From Longimicrobiales bacterium (GTDB taxonomy: Bacteria > Gemmatimonadota > Gemmatimonadetes > Longimicrobiales > Gaopeijiaceae), in assembly GCA_041690395.1 (NCBI GenBank), contig JAWLHJ010000005.1:288001-352000 (forward strand): 64,000 nt of DNA, read 5' to 3'. Made by a program: the position numbers and the translations under genes. Shown one piece after another: positions 1-9,633 of the stretch (position 1 is its first letter; each line of letters starts with the position of its first letter). The notes beneath the pieces were generated by a model, which was given only the letters and a program-made list of their open reading frames with translations, was not told the origin of the DNA and ran no database searches.

Positions 1-968
1 GCGAGGCCCATCTCGGGAACTATCTGGGAGCGCTGCGCCGCTGGGTCGAGATGCAGGACGAGCACGACTGCGTCTTCTGCATCGTGGACGATCACGCGAT
101 CACGGCCGGCGGCGATCCCGCGGACATGCCGAAGAACGTCTTCGACCTCGCGGTCTCGTTCCTCGCGGTGGGGCTCGATCCGGAGAAGGCGATCATCTTC
201 GTCCAGTCCGACGTGCACGAGCACACCGAGCTGGCGTGGCTCTTCAACGCGGTCACGCCGGTGGGCGATCTCGAGCGGATGACGCAGTACAAGGACAAGT
301 CGCAGCAGTTCGACTCGATTCCGGCCGGCATCCTGAACTACCCGATCCTTCAGGCCGCGGACATCCTGCTCTACAAGGCCGACGCGGTGCCGGTGGGCGA
401 GGACCAGCGACAGCACCTCGAGCTCACCCGCGAGATCGCGCGCAAGTTCAACGCGCGCTACGGCGAGACGTTCCCCGAGACCGACGCAATCATCGACAAG
501 GACGTCGGGCGGATCATGGGGCTCGACGGCGAGGCCAAGATGAGCAAGTCGCTCGGCAACACGGTCGGGATCCTCGCGGAGCCCGACGAGATCTGGGCGC
601 GGGTCCGCACCGCCGTGACCGATCCGCAGCGCGTGCGGCGTGACGATCCGGGGCGTCCTGAAGTGTGCAACGTGTTCTCGCTGCATCGGTTCTTCGCGGA
701 CGCGGAACAGCTCGAGGACATCGCCACCCAGTGCCGAGGCGCCACGCGGGGGTGTGTGGACTGCAAGAGGATCCTCGCAGAAAACATCGCCGACGCATTC
801 GCCCCGTTCCGGGAGCGGGCGGCCGAGTACCGCGCCAATCCGGGCGAAGTACGGCGAATCCTCGACGAGGGCGCGGTTCGTGCAAGAGCCATCGCCGAGA
901 CGACCATGACCGAGGTGCGTGAGCGCATGGGACTCGACTGGCGCGCCGCCATCGGCCGGGAGGGCTGA
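1..968 (+). CDS. trpS: Tryptophanyl-tRNA synthetase (5' end outside window)
   Basis: The frame from nt 3 reads EAHLGNYLGA (HIGH motif). It also contains YPILQAADILLY, VPVGEDQRQHLEL and the KMSKS motif. Confidence 0.97.
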   Translation, partial: EAHLGNYLGALRRWVEMQDEHDCVFCIVDDHAITAGGDPADMPKNVFDLAVSFLAVGLDPEKAIIFVQSDVHEHTELAWLFNAVTPVGDLERMTQYKDKSQQFDSIPAGILNYPILQAADILLYKADAVPVGEDQRQHLELTREIARKFNARYGETFPETDAIIDKDVGRIMGLDGEAKMSKSLGNTVGILAEPDEIWARVRTAVTDPQRVRRDDPGRPEVCNVFSLHRFFADAEQLEDIATQCRGATRGCVDCKRILAENIADAFAPFRERAAEYRANPGEVRRILDEGAVRARAIAETTMTEVRERMGLDWRAAIGREG

Positions 969-1091
969 CCCGGCGGACGGCGACGCCCTTCAAGCGCGGC
1001 TCCCCCCCGGCCGCTAACTTCCCGAGAGTGGAAGGGTGTTGAGCGAGTGGGTGGCAACACCTTTCTGAAGAGTCAGCGGAGGAGGATTTGC

Positions 1092-2225
1092 ATGCAGGAG
1101 CTGTTCAGAGCGGCCGTCGAGCGCGGCGCGAGCGACATCCACATCAAGGCCGGCGACTTCATTCGTGCTCGGGTGAACGGTGATCTCCAGACGCTGACCC
1201 AGCAGAAGCTCACCGTCGACCAGGTGAAGGGCATCGCGCTGCAGCTGATCCCGCACGAGGAGGACCGGCAGAACTTCGACCGCCTCCTCGACTACGATTG
1301 CTCCTGGGGTATCCCCGGCGTCGGTCGGTTCCGCGTGAACATCATGAAGCAGCGCGGCTCGCCCATGATCGTCATGCGCGCGATCCCCATCGACATCCCG
1401 ACGGTCGAGGACCTGGGACTTCCGCCGGTCATCAACCGGATCGCGGCCACGCGGCGCGGGATGATCCTGGTGACGGGCATCACGGGGTCGGGTAAGAGCT
1501 CCACGATGGCGGCCATGATCAACTGGATGAACATGAACCGCCGGCTGCACATCGTCACGCTCGAGAATCCGATCGAGTTCCTGCACCGGGACAACCTGTC
1601 GTCCATCACGCAGCGGGACATCGGCACCGATACCGAGTCGTTCGAGAGCGGCCTCCGCTCGGTGCTCCGTCAGGATCCCGACGTCATCCTGATCGGTGAG
1701 ATGCGGGACAAGATCACGATCGAGACGGCGCTCAAGGCGGCCGAGACGGGTCACCTGGTGATCTCCACGCTGCACACGAAGAACGCGGTGCAGACCATCT
1801 CGCGCATCATCGCCGTCTTCGATCCGAACGAGCAGGAGATGATCCGCGTGCGGCTTTCCGAGTCGATCCAGGCGGTCATCTCGCAGCGCCTCGTGCAGCG
1901 CAAGAACGGGGGGCGCGTGGCGGCCATGGAGATCATGCCCGTGACGTCGACGATCCGGGACTGTATCCGCGACCCGCACCGGATGGAGGAGATCTTCGAC
2001 CTGATCGAGGAGGGGCGCGAGCACTACGGGTCGCAGACCTTCGACCAGCACCTCATGGACCTGGTGAAGGGCGGAACGGTAGACTTCGAGGTCGCCAAGG
2101 CCGCGGCGAACAACCCGGCCGACTTCGACCTCAAGATGAACATGCTGGGCGACGCTGGTGGGGGTCGCAACGTGCCCGGAACGACCGGGCTCGCCGACGA
2201 AATGTCCAAGATGGCCGGAGGCTGA
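1092..2225 (+). CDS. pilT: PilT/PilU family type IV pilus retraction ATPase
   Basis: ASDIHIKAG, Walker A GITGSGKSST, LRQDPDVILIGEMRD, AAETGHLVISTLHT, GSQTFDQHL. GGAGG RBS before ATG 1092. Confidence 0.9.
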   Translation: MQELFRAAVERGASDIHIKAGDFIRARVNGDLQTLTQQKLTVDQVKGIALQLIPHEEDRQNFDRLLDYDCSWGIPGVGRFRVNIMKQRGSPMIVMRAIPIDIPTVEDLGLPPVINRIAATRRGMILVTGITGSGKSSTMAAMINWMNMNRRLHIVTLENPIEFLHRDNLSSITQRDIGTDTESFESGLRSVLRQDPDVILIGEMRDKITIETALKAAETGHLVISTLHTKNAVQTISRIIAVFDPNEQEMIRVRLSESIQAVISQRLVQRKNGGRVAAMEIMPVTSTIRDCIRDPHRMEEIFDLIEEGREHYGSQTFDQHLMDLVKGGTVDFEVAKAAANNPADFDLKMNMLGDAGGGRNVPGTTGLADEMSKMAGG

Positions 2226-2229
2226 ATAC

Positions 2230-3156
2230 GTGAGCAGTGGCAAGGGGACGCACGACTTCTCGGGGACCTTCCTTCCCGTCACCACGCCTTTCGACCCGGT
2301 GACCGGCGACGTCGACGTCGTGGCGTACCGGGCGAACCTCCGCCACTGGTTCAAGAGCCCGATCCGCGGCATCCTGACGGCCGGCTCGACAGGCGAGTCG
2401 GTCTTCCTGGACAGCGCCGAGAAGCTCCAGCTGATCGAGGCGGCGCGGGACGTCGTGCCCGACGAGGCCATCCTCATCGCGGGGACCGGGGCCGAGTCGA
2501 CCCGCCAGGTCATCCGCGGTACGCAGGACGCGGCGGACGCCGGTGCCCAGGCCGTGCTCGTGAAGCCGCCGGTGTACTTCAAGGGCGCCATGACCCCCGA
2601 GGTGCTGGCACGCCACTACAAGGCAGTGGCCGACGCGTCACCGGTGCCGGTCCTGATCTACCAGGTGCCGCTCCGCCTCAGCACGCTCGAGTTCCCCACG
2701 GGGCTCATCGCCGAGCTGTCGAAGCACCCCAACATCGTCGGCATCAAGGACTCCCGCGGCAAGCTCGAGCTCGTGGGCGAGCTCGTCGACGCCACCGCCG
2801 ACGACTTCCAGGTCCTCGTCGGAAGCGGCGCGATCCTCTACGGCGCGCTGGAGCTGGGCGCAGTGGGCGGCATCGTCGCCGTCGGCCTCATGGCGACCGC
2901 CGAGGCGGCCGAGATCTACCACGCGTTCCGCGACGGACGGACCAGCGAGGCCGGACGCATCCAGGAGCGGATCGCGCCGGTCCACAACGGCATCGTCGGC
3001 GGGATGGGCGTGCCCGGCGTGAAGGCCGCACTCGACCTGCTCGGCCTGCACGGCGGGCAGCCGCGCGCGCCGCTCGCGCCGGTGGCCGAGGCGCGCCTCG
3101 AGGAGATCCGCGGCATTCTGGCCACGGCCGAGCTGGGAGCGGGCGCGGGCGTCTGA
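2230..3156 (+). CDS. Dihydrodipicolinate synthase/class I aldolase family protein (DapA/HOGA-like)
   Basis: GSTGE motif, LIYQVP and Schiff-base Lys in GIKDSRG. GTG start at 2230 is inferred, just after the pilT stop. Confidence 0.88.
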   Translation: MSSGKGTHDFSGTFLPVTTPFDPVTGDVDVVAYRANLRHWFKSPIRGILTAGSTGESVFLDSAEKLQLIEAARDVVPDEAILIAGTGAESTRQVIRGTQDAADAGAQAVLVKPPVYFKGAMTPEVLARHYKAVADASPVPVLIYQVPLRLSTLEFPTGLIAELSKHPNIVGIKDSRGKLELVGELVDATADDFQVLVGSGAILYGALELGAVGGIVAVGLMATAEAAEIYHAFRDGRTSEAGRIQERIAPVHNGIVGGMGVPGVKAALDLLGLHGGQPRAPLAPVAEARLEEIRGILATAELGAGAGV

Positions 3157-3174
3157 GGCCCGCGCCCGGCCCCG

Positions 3175-5826
3175 TCACTCGCCGCCTGGGGCTTCGAACA
3201 GACCTTCCAGGACGAACCGGTTGTTGTCCGGATCCGGATCCTCGACGGCCGGGGGCGGTGTGGCCGTGCCCCAGATGACCACACCCTCCAAGGACTGCGG
3301 GACGATCCGGAAGTCGGGGACGGACCGGAAGCTTTCCACGCCGATGATCCAGATGGGGCAGGCGATGGAGACATCGCCCACCGGCGGATTGGGAATCGCC
3401 TCGCACCCGTCGGTGACCAAGTCCAGCTCGACGTTCCCGAAGGCCACCCAGGTGAACACCGTGCCCTCCGGGACTTCGTCGGGTCCAAGGTTCACGACTC
3501 TGGAGGAGAATCCGACCGGCTCTCCCACGACGGCCCCGTGAAGCTGTCGGATGAAGTCGACGCTCAGGTCCGCCACGAGGTCTGAGCTCTCGAACTCCGG
3601 CGTGGCGACCAGCCGGTCATTCTCCTCGTTCGGGTCGACGGCGTCGGGCCCTTGATTGACGGTCGCCCACACGGTGATGGGCTCCTGGGACTGGGGGGTG
3701 ATCCAGAACTCCGGCATCACCTGTCCGGCGCCCGCGAGCAAGGCATCCAGCGGACACCGCAGCGCCACGGTCCCGAAGACCGGGTCGGCGATCTCCTCGC
3801 AGAAGCCGAACACCCCGGCCAGCGTCACATCGCCGAAGGCGACCCAGGTGAACACCGCGCCTTCCGCCACGTCCGGCCCGAAGTTGGTCACGTTCGCCCC
3901 GTACTCCAGGGTCTCGCCCACCCGTGCCGGCTCACTCGGCTGCGTAAGGCTCGTCACGGCTACGTCCGTCGTGATGACCTCGAACTCCGGCGTCGCCGTC
4001 AGCCGGTCGTTCTCCTCGTTCGGGTCGACGGCGTCGGGTCCCTGGTTGACGGTGGCCCACACGGTGATGGGCGCGTCGGACTGCGGCGTGATCCGAAGCA
4101 CCGGGATGCCGCGCTGGGCGTCCACGGCCAGGGGACCCACCGGGCACCGCACCGCCACGGTCCCGAAGATCGGATCCTCGATCTCCTCGCAATCAAAACT
4201 GTAGAGCCCGTCGAGCGTCACGTCGCCAAAGGCGACCCAGGTGAACATCGCGCCCTCGGACACGTCCGGCCCGAAGTTCGTCACGGTCGCGCCGTACTCC
4301 AGCGTTTCACCCACCCGGGCGGGGTCGCTCGGCTCCCTGAGGCTCGTCACGGCAACGTCCGTCGACACCGCGGGCCCGACCGTGATCGTGAGCTCCTCCC
4401 GGTCGTTCGCCTCCGTCACGTCCAGGTCGCCGGAGGCCGGACTCACGGTCGCCCAGACCGTCACCTCCCCCTCGGATTGTGCGATGAGGAGCAGCGACGG
4501 CATGGGATCGGACTGCCCCGGCTCGAGCGGGTCCACCGGGCACCGGACGGCCACGGCACCGAAGGTCGGATTCTCGATTTCCTCGCACGACCCGAAGACG
4601 CCCTCGAGAACGACGTCGCCGAACGCCTGGTAGACGAGCGTGCCACCGGCGGAGGCTTCCGGCCCGAAGTTTCTGACGGTCGAGAAGAAGTCCATGCGTC
4701 GACCGACCTTCGCTTCGCTGTTCGAGGCCAGCCGCAATTCCGTGGCCGCCAGGTCGACTGGCGTCACCAGCTCATGCGCCACGAAGTAGAAGGAGAAGTG
4801 CTCCACGGTTGCGAACACGATGTTGTTCTCGGTATCGACGACACTGGGTACCGCGTCGAAGGGGATGACGCCGTTGATGACGAAGACCCCGAGCTCGCTC
4901 TCGTCCACGCCGTCGGGCAGGCTCGCCTCGTCGTAGCTCAGCGCCAGAGTCACGGGTTCCTGGAACTCCAGGCCGTCGGGGCCGAGGTCCCAGGTCGTCC
5001 CGGGAATCGGCACCAGGTCGTAGAGACGGGCGAAATCGTCGAGAGGCGCGGCAGCCGGGCTCGCGGCGGGTGACCCGGCGGGTGACGCGGCGGGCGAGGG
5101 CACGGGAGCCCCGCCGGCACCGTCGCGACCGTCGATGTACGCCTGGATCTCGTCGATGCCCACAGGGTCGATGCTGATGGAGACAGGCTCCAGAAGCGCC
5201 CCTTCCCCGACCTCGAGGCTGGCGGCTCCGTCGCGAGTGCGGACCGTACCGCCCTCCGGACCCACGTTGGCCGATACGCACCCGTCCGCTTCGTGGGTGA
5301 AGTACATGGCCCAACTCCCCCGCGTAGCGAGCGGCTCGCCTTCTCCCCACGCGCCGGTAGTCCCCCCGCCCAGCTCCGCGAACGCGGCCAGGACCACGGA
5401 CGGCCCCTGCAGCGCCTCGAGCGGGACCGGCCAGATCACTTCGTGGACGCCCGCATGGCTGGACGTGAACGGGAACTGGCCGATCACGGGATTCCCGGTC
5501 GAGGTAGTGGGGATGTCCTCGACGGACGTCCCGGCGGCGAGCGCCGTCTTCCCGATGGGCCAGCTCTCGTCGGTCCGGTAGACCACGTAGAGGTTTCGGC
5601 CATCCTGCATGACTTCGACCGTGCCGGCATGCGTGGACCCGTTCGCGATGAGGTCGACCCGGGTCGGCGTGCCACACACGGCCGGGAGCTCATCAAGGAC
5701 CAACATGGAGGGTCCGACCCCGTCCAGACCCCAAGGGTCGGCGGGGTCCGGGGGTGCCGTGAAGTCGGCGCAACTCCAGGCGGTGAACGCCAAGAGTGCG
5801 AGAACCGCGGTGCGGACTCGAAGCAT
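3175..5826 (-). CDS. Surface lipoprotein with a ZU5-like domain and four tandem DUF11-like Ig repeats
   Basis: Signal peptide MLRVRTAVLALLAFTAWSC (lipobox-like) with AGAGGAG RBS. ZU5-like segment VGPEGGTV...LGPDGLEFQEPVTL...VEHFSFY. Four ~130-aa repeats with TV(T/R)NFGP and DPNEEND motifs. Confidence 0.75.
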   Translation of the reverse strand: MLRVRTAVLALLAFTAWSCADFTAPPDPADPWGLDGVGPSMLVLDELPAVCGTPTRVDLIANGSTHAGTVEVMQDGRNLYVVYRTDESWPIGKTALAAGTSVEDIPTTSTGNPVIGQFPFTSSHAGVHEVIWPVPLEALQGPSVVLAAFAELGGGTTGAWGEGEPLATRGSWAMYFTHEADGCVSANVGPEGGTVRTRDGAASLEVGEGALLEPVSISIDPVGIDEIQAYIDGRDGAGGAPVPSPAASPAGSPAASPAAAPLDDFARLYDLVPIPGTTWDLGPDGLEFQEPVTLALSYDEASLPDGVDESELGVFVINGVIPFDAVPSVVDTENNIVFATVEHFSFYFVAHELVTPVDLAATELRLASNSEAKVGRRMDFFSTVRNFGPEASAGGTLVYQAFGDVVLEGVFGSCEEIENPTFGAVAVRCPVDPLEPGQSDPMPSLLLIAQSEGEVTVWATVSPASGDLDVTEANDREELTITVGPAVSTDVAVTSLREPSDPARVGETLEYGATVTNFGPDVSEGAMFTWVAFGDVTLDGLYSFDCEEIEDPIFGTVAVRCPVGPLAVDAQRGIPVLRITPQSDAPITVWATVNQGPDAVDPNEENDRLTATPEFEVITTDVAVTSLTQPSEPARVGETLEYGANVTNFGPDVAEGAVFTWVAFGDVTLAGVFGFCEEIADPVFGTVALRCPLDALLAGAGQVMPEFWITPQSQEPITVWATVNQGPDAVDPNEENDRLVATPEFESSDLVADLSVDFIRQLHGAVVGEPVGFSSRVVNLGPDEVPEGTVFTWVAFGNVELDLVTDGCEAIPNPPVGDVSIACPIWIIGVESFRSVPDFRIVPQSLEGVVIWGTATPPPAVEDPDPDNNRFVLEGLFEAPGGE
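3589..4365. repeat. Intragenic ~390-nt tandem duplication (DUF11 repeats 2 and 3)
   Basis: CTCGAACTCCGGCGT...TTCTCCTCGTTCGGGTCGACGGCGTCGGG recurs at 3589 and 3979. The protein repeats share ITVWATVNQGPDAVDPNEENDRL. Confidence 0.85.
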
Positions 5827-6082
5827 CTCGTGTCTCCTCTGCTGCGAACGGGTGACGTCACCCACCCCCGGGATGACCACAGGGGCCCGTCGACCCTCCG
5901 TACAGAGACAAACGGGAAAGCGTACCAGGCGCCGCCACCGCTTGGAGGTCCGGGCCACCCGGCGGCCGTCCGAATGTTGTGATTCCGGAGCGTCCTCGAT
6001 GGGTCGTCGGTGTGGTGGGAACTGGCGGAGCGCACGAGGGCACCGCAGGTTGGAAGAGCCTCTCCCCCCCACCGTCAGAACC

Positions 6083-6685
6083 GTGACCCCTTCCGGACTT
6101 CCAAAGGCCGACCTCCAGGGTGAAGTCACCCAACTGGCCAACCGGTGGGCCCGGGGCGACCGGGACGCGCTGGACGAGCTGATCGACCTGGTCTACGACG
6201 ACCTGCGGCGCATCGCGCACCGTCAGATCAGCCAGGGTGGGGGTGGCGAGACGGTCAATACGACGGGCCTCGTCCACGAGGCTTTCGTGAAGCTCGCCGG
6301 TGTCTCCGGGCACGAGTGGCTCGGCCGTGCTCAGTTCTACGCGTTCTGTGCGAAGGCCATGCGGAGGATTCTCATCGACTCCGCCCGCGCCCGGGGTGCG
6401 GACAAGCGCGGGGGCGACCGGGTGCGGGTGCCCCTGACCTCGAGCACGGCGGTGGTGGATCCGGACGTGTTGCGGATTCTGGCGGTGGACGAGGCCCTGA
6501 AATGGCTCGAGAAGCACGATCAGCGCCTCGCGGCGATTGCGGAGTGTCGCTTCTTCGGCGGGCTTTCCGTTGAAGAGACCGGGGAGGCGCTGGGGGTCTC
6601 GGCCCGAACGGTGGAGCGTGAATGGGCCAGGGCCCGAGGCTACCTCTACCACAGGTTGGCCCCCGGGAGTGGAGTGCGCGATTAG
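6083..6685 (+). CDS. ECF sigma factor, kinase-associated (ECF43-like)
   Basis: GDRDALDELIDLVYDDLRRIA, TVNTTGLVHEAFVKL, AMRRILID, RFFGGLSVEE, TVEREWARARGYL. Start codon uncertain (GTG 6083). Confidence 0.9.
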   Translation: MTPSGLPKADLQGEVTQLANRWARGDRDALDELIDLVYDDLRRIAHRQISQGGGGETVNTTGLVHEAFVKLAGVSGHEWLGRAQFYAFCAKAMRRILIDSARARGADKRGGDRVRVPLTSSTAVVDPDVLRILAVDEALKWLEKHDQRLAAIAECRFFGGLSVEETGEALGVSARTVEREWARARGYLYHRLAPGSGVRD

Positions 6686-6755
6686 CACGAGCTTCCCGCC
6701 CCGGCCGGCGAGGCCTGGGTGAGATACGGACCGCCGGAGGCAATGGAGGCGAGGG

Positions 6756-9545
6756 ATGTCGAGGACTCACTGGGACCGGGTGGATGCGATCTTCGCCGCG
6801 GCGCTCGCTCTCCCCACGGAGGGGCGGGCGGAGTACGTGGCGGATGCGAGCGGGTCGGACCGGAACCTCCAGGCCGAGGTCCACGCGCTGCTGGAGGCCG
6901 CCGAGGCGTCCGACGCCCTCTTCGGCGAGGACGACCAGGTTCGCGCCCGCCTGCTGATGCGCGCATTTGCCCGCGAGGCCCCCCTCGAGCCCGGGCTCCA
7001 GGTCGGGGCCTACCGAATTCTCGCTCCCCTCGGCGTCGGGGGCATGGGCGCCGTCTACCTGGCGGAGCGGGCCGACGGACAGTTCGAGCAGCGCGTCGCC
7101 GTCAAGCTCGTGAATACGCCGCGGGTTCGCGGGGCCGAGATGGTCGAGCGATTCCTGCGCGAACGGCAGATTCTCGCTCGCCTCGAGCACCCGAACATCG
7201 CTCGCCTGCTGGATGGCGGGGTGACCGAGGACGGGTGGCCCTACCTGGTCATGGAGTACGTGGACGGCGTACCCCTGACGGCGTTCTGCGAGGAGCGGAA
7301 GCTCCCGGTCGACGGACGTATTCGGCTCCTGCAGGACGTGGGCCGGGCGGTTCAATATGCCCACCGGAACCTGGTGGTTCATCGTGACCTGAAGCCCTCG
7401 AACATTCTCGTGACGCCCGACGGGATGCCCAAGCTCCTGGACTTCGGCATCGCGAAGCTGCTCGAGGAGGACCACGACGGAGAGCTCACGCTCGCCGGCG
7501 GGGGGATGATGACCCCGGGATACGCCGCTCCCGAGCAGCTCCGGAGTGGACCGGTCACGACGGCGGCGGACGTGTACGCCCTCGGTGTCCTACTCGTGAA
7601 GCTGTTGACCGGCCACAAGCCGGACGGGGATACCGACATCCCCTCCGGCCGACTACCCGTCGACCTCGACCGGATTTCCCGCATGGCGCTTCGGGACGAG
7701 CCGGAGCGTCGGTACGAGTCGGCCCAGGCCTTCGTCGACGACCTCGAGCGATACCGGGAGTGCCGCCCCGTGACAGCCCGCCCGGACACCCTCGGGTATC
7801 GGACCCGAAGGTTCGTCGCCAGAAACCGCACCCTGGTGGCTGCCGCGGTCCTGGTCGTGCTGGCCATGGCGGGCGGGCTGGGGGCGGCCCTGTGGCAGGC
7901 GGACATTGCCCGGGTGGAGGCGGCCCGAGCCGGCGAGGTTCGCGACTTCATGCTGGACCTGTTCGAAGGTACGGATCCGGAGCTTGCCACCGGGGAGGCC
8001 ATCACCATTCAAGAGCTTCTCGCCCGAGCCTCCGAGCGGGTCGAGCGTGAGCTAGCCAGCCAACCCTGGTTGCAGGCCGAGATGTTCACCCTCGTCGGGT
8101 CGATTTACGGGCGGCTCGGTCAGTACGACGATGGTCGTAGGCTGCTTGGTCGGGCCGTGGGCCTTCACGAGTCTACGGCGGGCCCCGGGAGTGCTCCGCA
8201 CGCGCTGGCGATGCTGGAACTGGCGCGGATCGAGCACCGCGCCGGCGAGTGGGAGGGTGCGCAGGCACTCTACCTGGAAGCCCAGGGTTGGCTCGAGCAG
8301 GCTGCCGGATCCGAGTCGGTCGAGGTCGGTCGCGTGTACCACGACCGGGCGCTCCTGGCCCACGGCGCGGGCCGCTACGAGGAGGCCGATTCACTCTTCA
8401 CCCTGTCCCGTGAAACGCTGGCTCACGGCGCGGATTCCCTCGAGCTCCTGCTCCTGGATTTCAGCCACATAGGGACCCTACACACCCTGGGCGATACGGA
8501 GCGGATCGAACAGGTGTACGCCAGGATCGTGGCCAACCGTTCCCTCCTGGATGACGAACGGTCCGCCACGGTCGCGCAGGCCATGTTCGGGCTCGGCGTG
8601 GAGTCCACCTACCGTGGCGACGCCGAGCGAGCCGAGCGGTTGCTGCGGGGAGCCCTGGAGTTGCGTCGAAAGGTCTATGGCGACCAACACCGCGAGGTCG
8701 CGATCACGCGGATGGCTCTCGCCGCAGCCTCCGGGCACCTTGGCCGGTTCGACGAGGCCCTGGCTCTGAGCCGGGAGGGCGTTCAGGGTCTTCGGGAGAC
8801 CTTGGGTCCGACGCATCCGGACTACGCGATGCATCTGGGAGCGTTGGCCGTCATGGTGGGGAACTATGCGGGGGATGCGGAGACGGCCGTCGACTTGTTC
8901 CGTGAGGTGGAGGATATCCAGGTGGCGGCCCTGGGGGAGGGACACCTCTACGTGGCCATGACACGTCGCAACCTGGGGCGCTCCCTCATGGGCCTGGAAC
9001 GTCACGAAGAGGCCCGGCCCGTTCTGGAAGCCGGGCTGTCGAGCTGGATCGAGGCCATGGGAGACGAGGGATTCTTCCCCCCCGAAATCCGTCTCGACCT
9101 CGCGGAGACCCACGCGGCCCTCGGTCGGGCCGACGTGGCCGACTCCCTCGTGCGTGTCGTTATCGACGGGTTCGCGGAAGCCCCTCCACGGGCCGGCGCA
9201 TGGGGCCACGCCCTCATGGTGCAGGCGCGGATCCTGGACGGACGTGGAGAGCACGGACAGGCCGCCGCTGCCCTGCGGAATGCGCTGGAGCGTCACGATG
9301 CCGACGGGGTCGGCCAGGCCAGCCTCGAAAGAGCCCGGGCCCAGTCGGAGCTCGGCGGTGTCCTGACCACGCTCGAGGAGTTCGCCGAGGCCGAGGAGCT
9401 CCTGCATGGAGCCCACGAGACGCTGGTGGGATTGCGCGGGACGAGGAGCCCGGACACACGACTCGCGAGGGAGCGCCTGGCTCATCTCTACCGGGTGTCG
9501 GGCCGACCAACCGATGCGGAGCGAGTGGCCGCAGGGGGCGACTGA
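6756..9545 (+). CDS. Membrane Hanks-type Ser/Thr protein kinase with extracytoplasmic TPR repeats
   Basis: GVGGMGAVY, VAVK, HRDLKPSN, DFG, YAAPEQ. TM segment LVAAAVLVVLAMAGGLGAALW. TPR-like helical C-terminus. Confidence 0.93.
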   Translation: MSRTHWDRVDAIFAAALALPTEGRAEYVADASGSDRNLQAEVHALLEAAEASDALFGEDDQVRARLLMRAFAREAPLEPGLQVGAYRILAPLGVGGMGAVYLAERADGQFEQRVAVKLVNTPRVRGAEMVERFLRERQILARLEHPNIARLLDGGVTEDGWPYLVMEYVDGVPLTAFCEERKLPVDGRIRLLQDVGRAVQYAHRNLVVHRDLKPSNILVTPDGMPKLLDFGIAKLLEEDHDGELTLAGGGMMTPGYAAPEQLRSGPVTTAADVYALGVLLVKLLTGHKPDGDTDIPSGRLPVDLDRISRMALRDEPERRYESAQAFVDDLERYRECRPVTARPDTLGYRTRRFVARNRTLVAAAVLVVLAMAGGLGAALWQADIARVEAARAGEVRDFMLDLFEGTDPELATGEAITIQELLARASERVERELASQPWLQAEMFTLVGSIYGRLGQYDDGRRLLGRAVGLHESTAGPGSAPHALAMLELARIEHRAGEWEGAQALYLEAQGWLEQAAGSESVEVGRVYHDRALLAHGAGRYEEADSLFTLSRETLAHGADSLELLLLDFSHIGTLHTLGDTERIEQVYARIVANRSLLDDERSATVAQAMFGLGVESTYRGDAERAERLLRGALELRRKVYGDQHREVAITRMALAAASGHLGRFDEALALSREGVQGLRETLGPTHPDYAMHLGALAVMVGNYAGDAETAVDLFREVEDIQVAALGEGHLYVAMTRRNLGRSLMGLERHEEARPVLEAGLSSWIEAMGDEGFFPPEIRLDLAETHAALGRADVADSLVRVVIDGFAEAPPRAGAWGHALMVQARILDGRGEHGQAAAALRNALERHDADGVGQASLERARAQSELGGVLTTLEEFAEAEELLHGAHETLVGLRGTRSPDTRLARERLAHLYRVSGRPTDAERVAAGGD

Positions 9546-9633
9546 CAGGGCCGGCGTCGTCTTGCGGCGCGAAAGAGCGACCTCGTAAGATGGCCCCCGC
9601 GTGAACCCTGGCGAGCCCCGAGAGGAGACAGCG

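Noticed and set aside
2230..3156. Calling this gene dapA
   Set aside because: The family is clear, but specificity (DHDPS versus HOGA/KDG aldolase) cannot be determined and no lysine-pathway genes are adjacent.
5609..6141. Long N-terminal extensions in the ORF track (sigma from 5609, lipoprotein from 6141, kinase from 17691, YciI from 25011)
   Set aside because: They overlap divergent genes; downstream starts with an RBS, signal peptide or domain boundary fit better.
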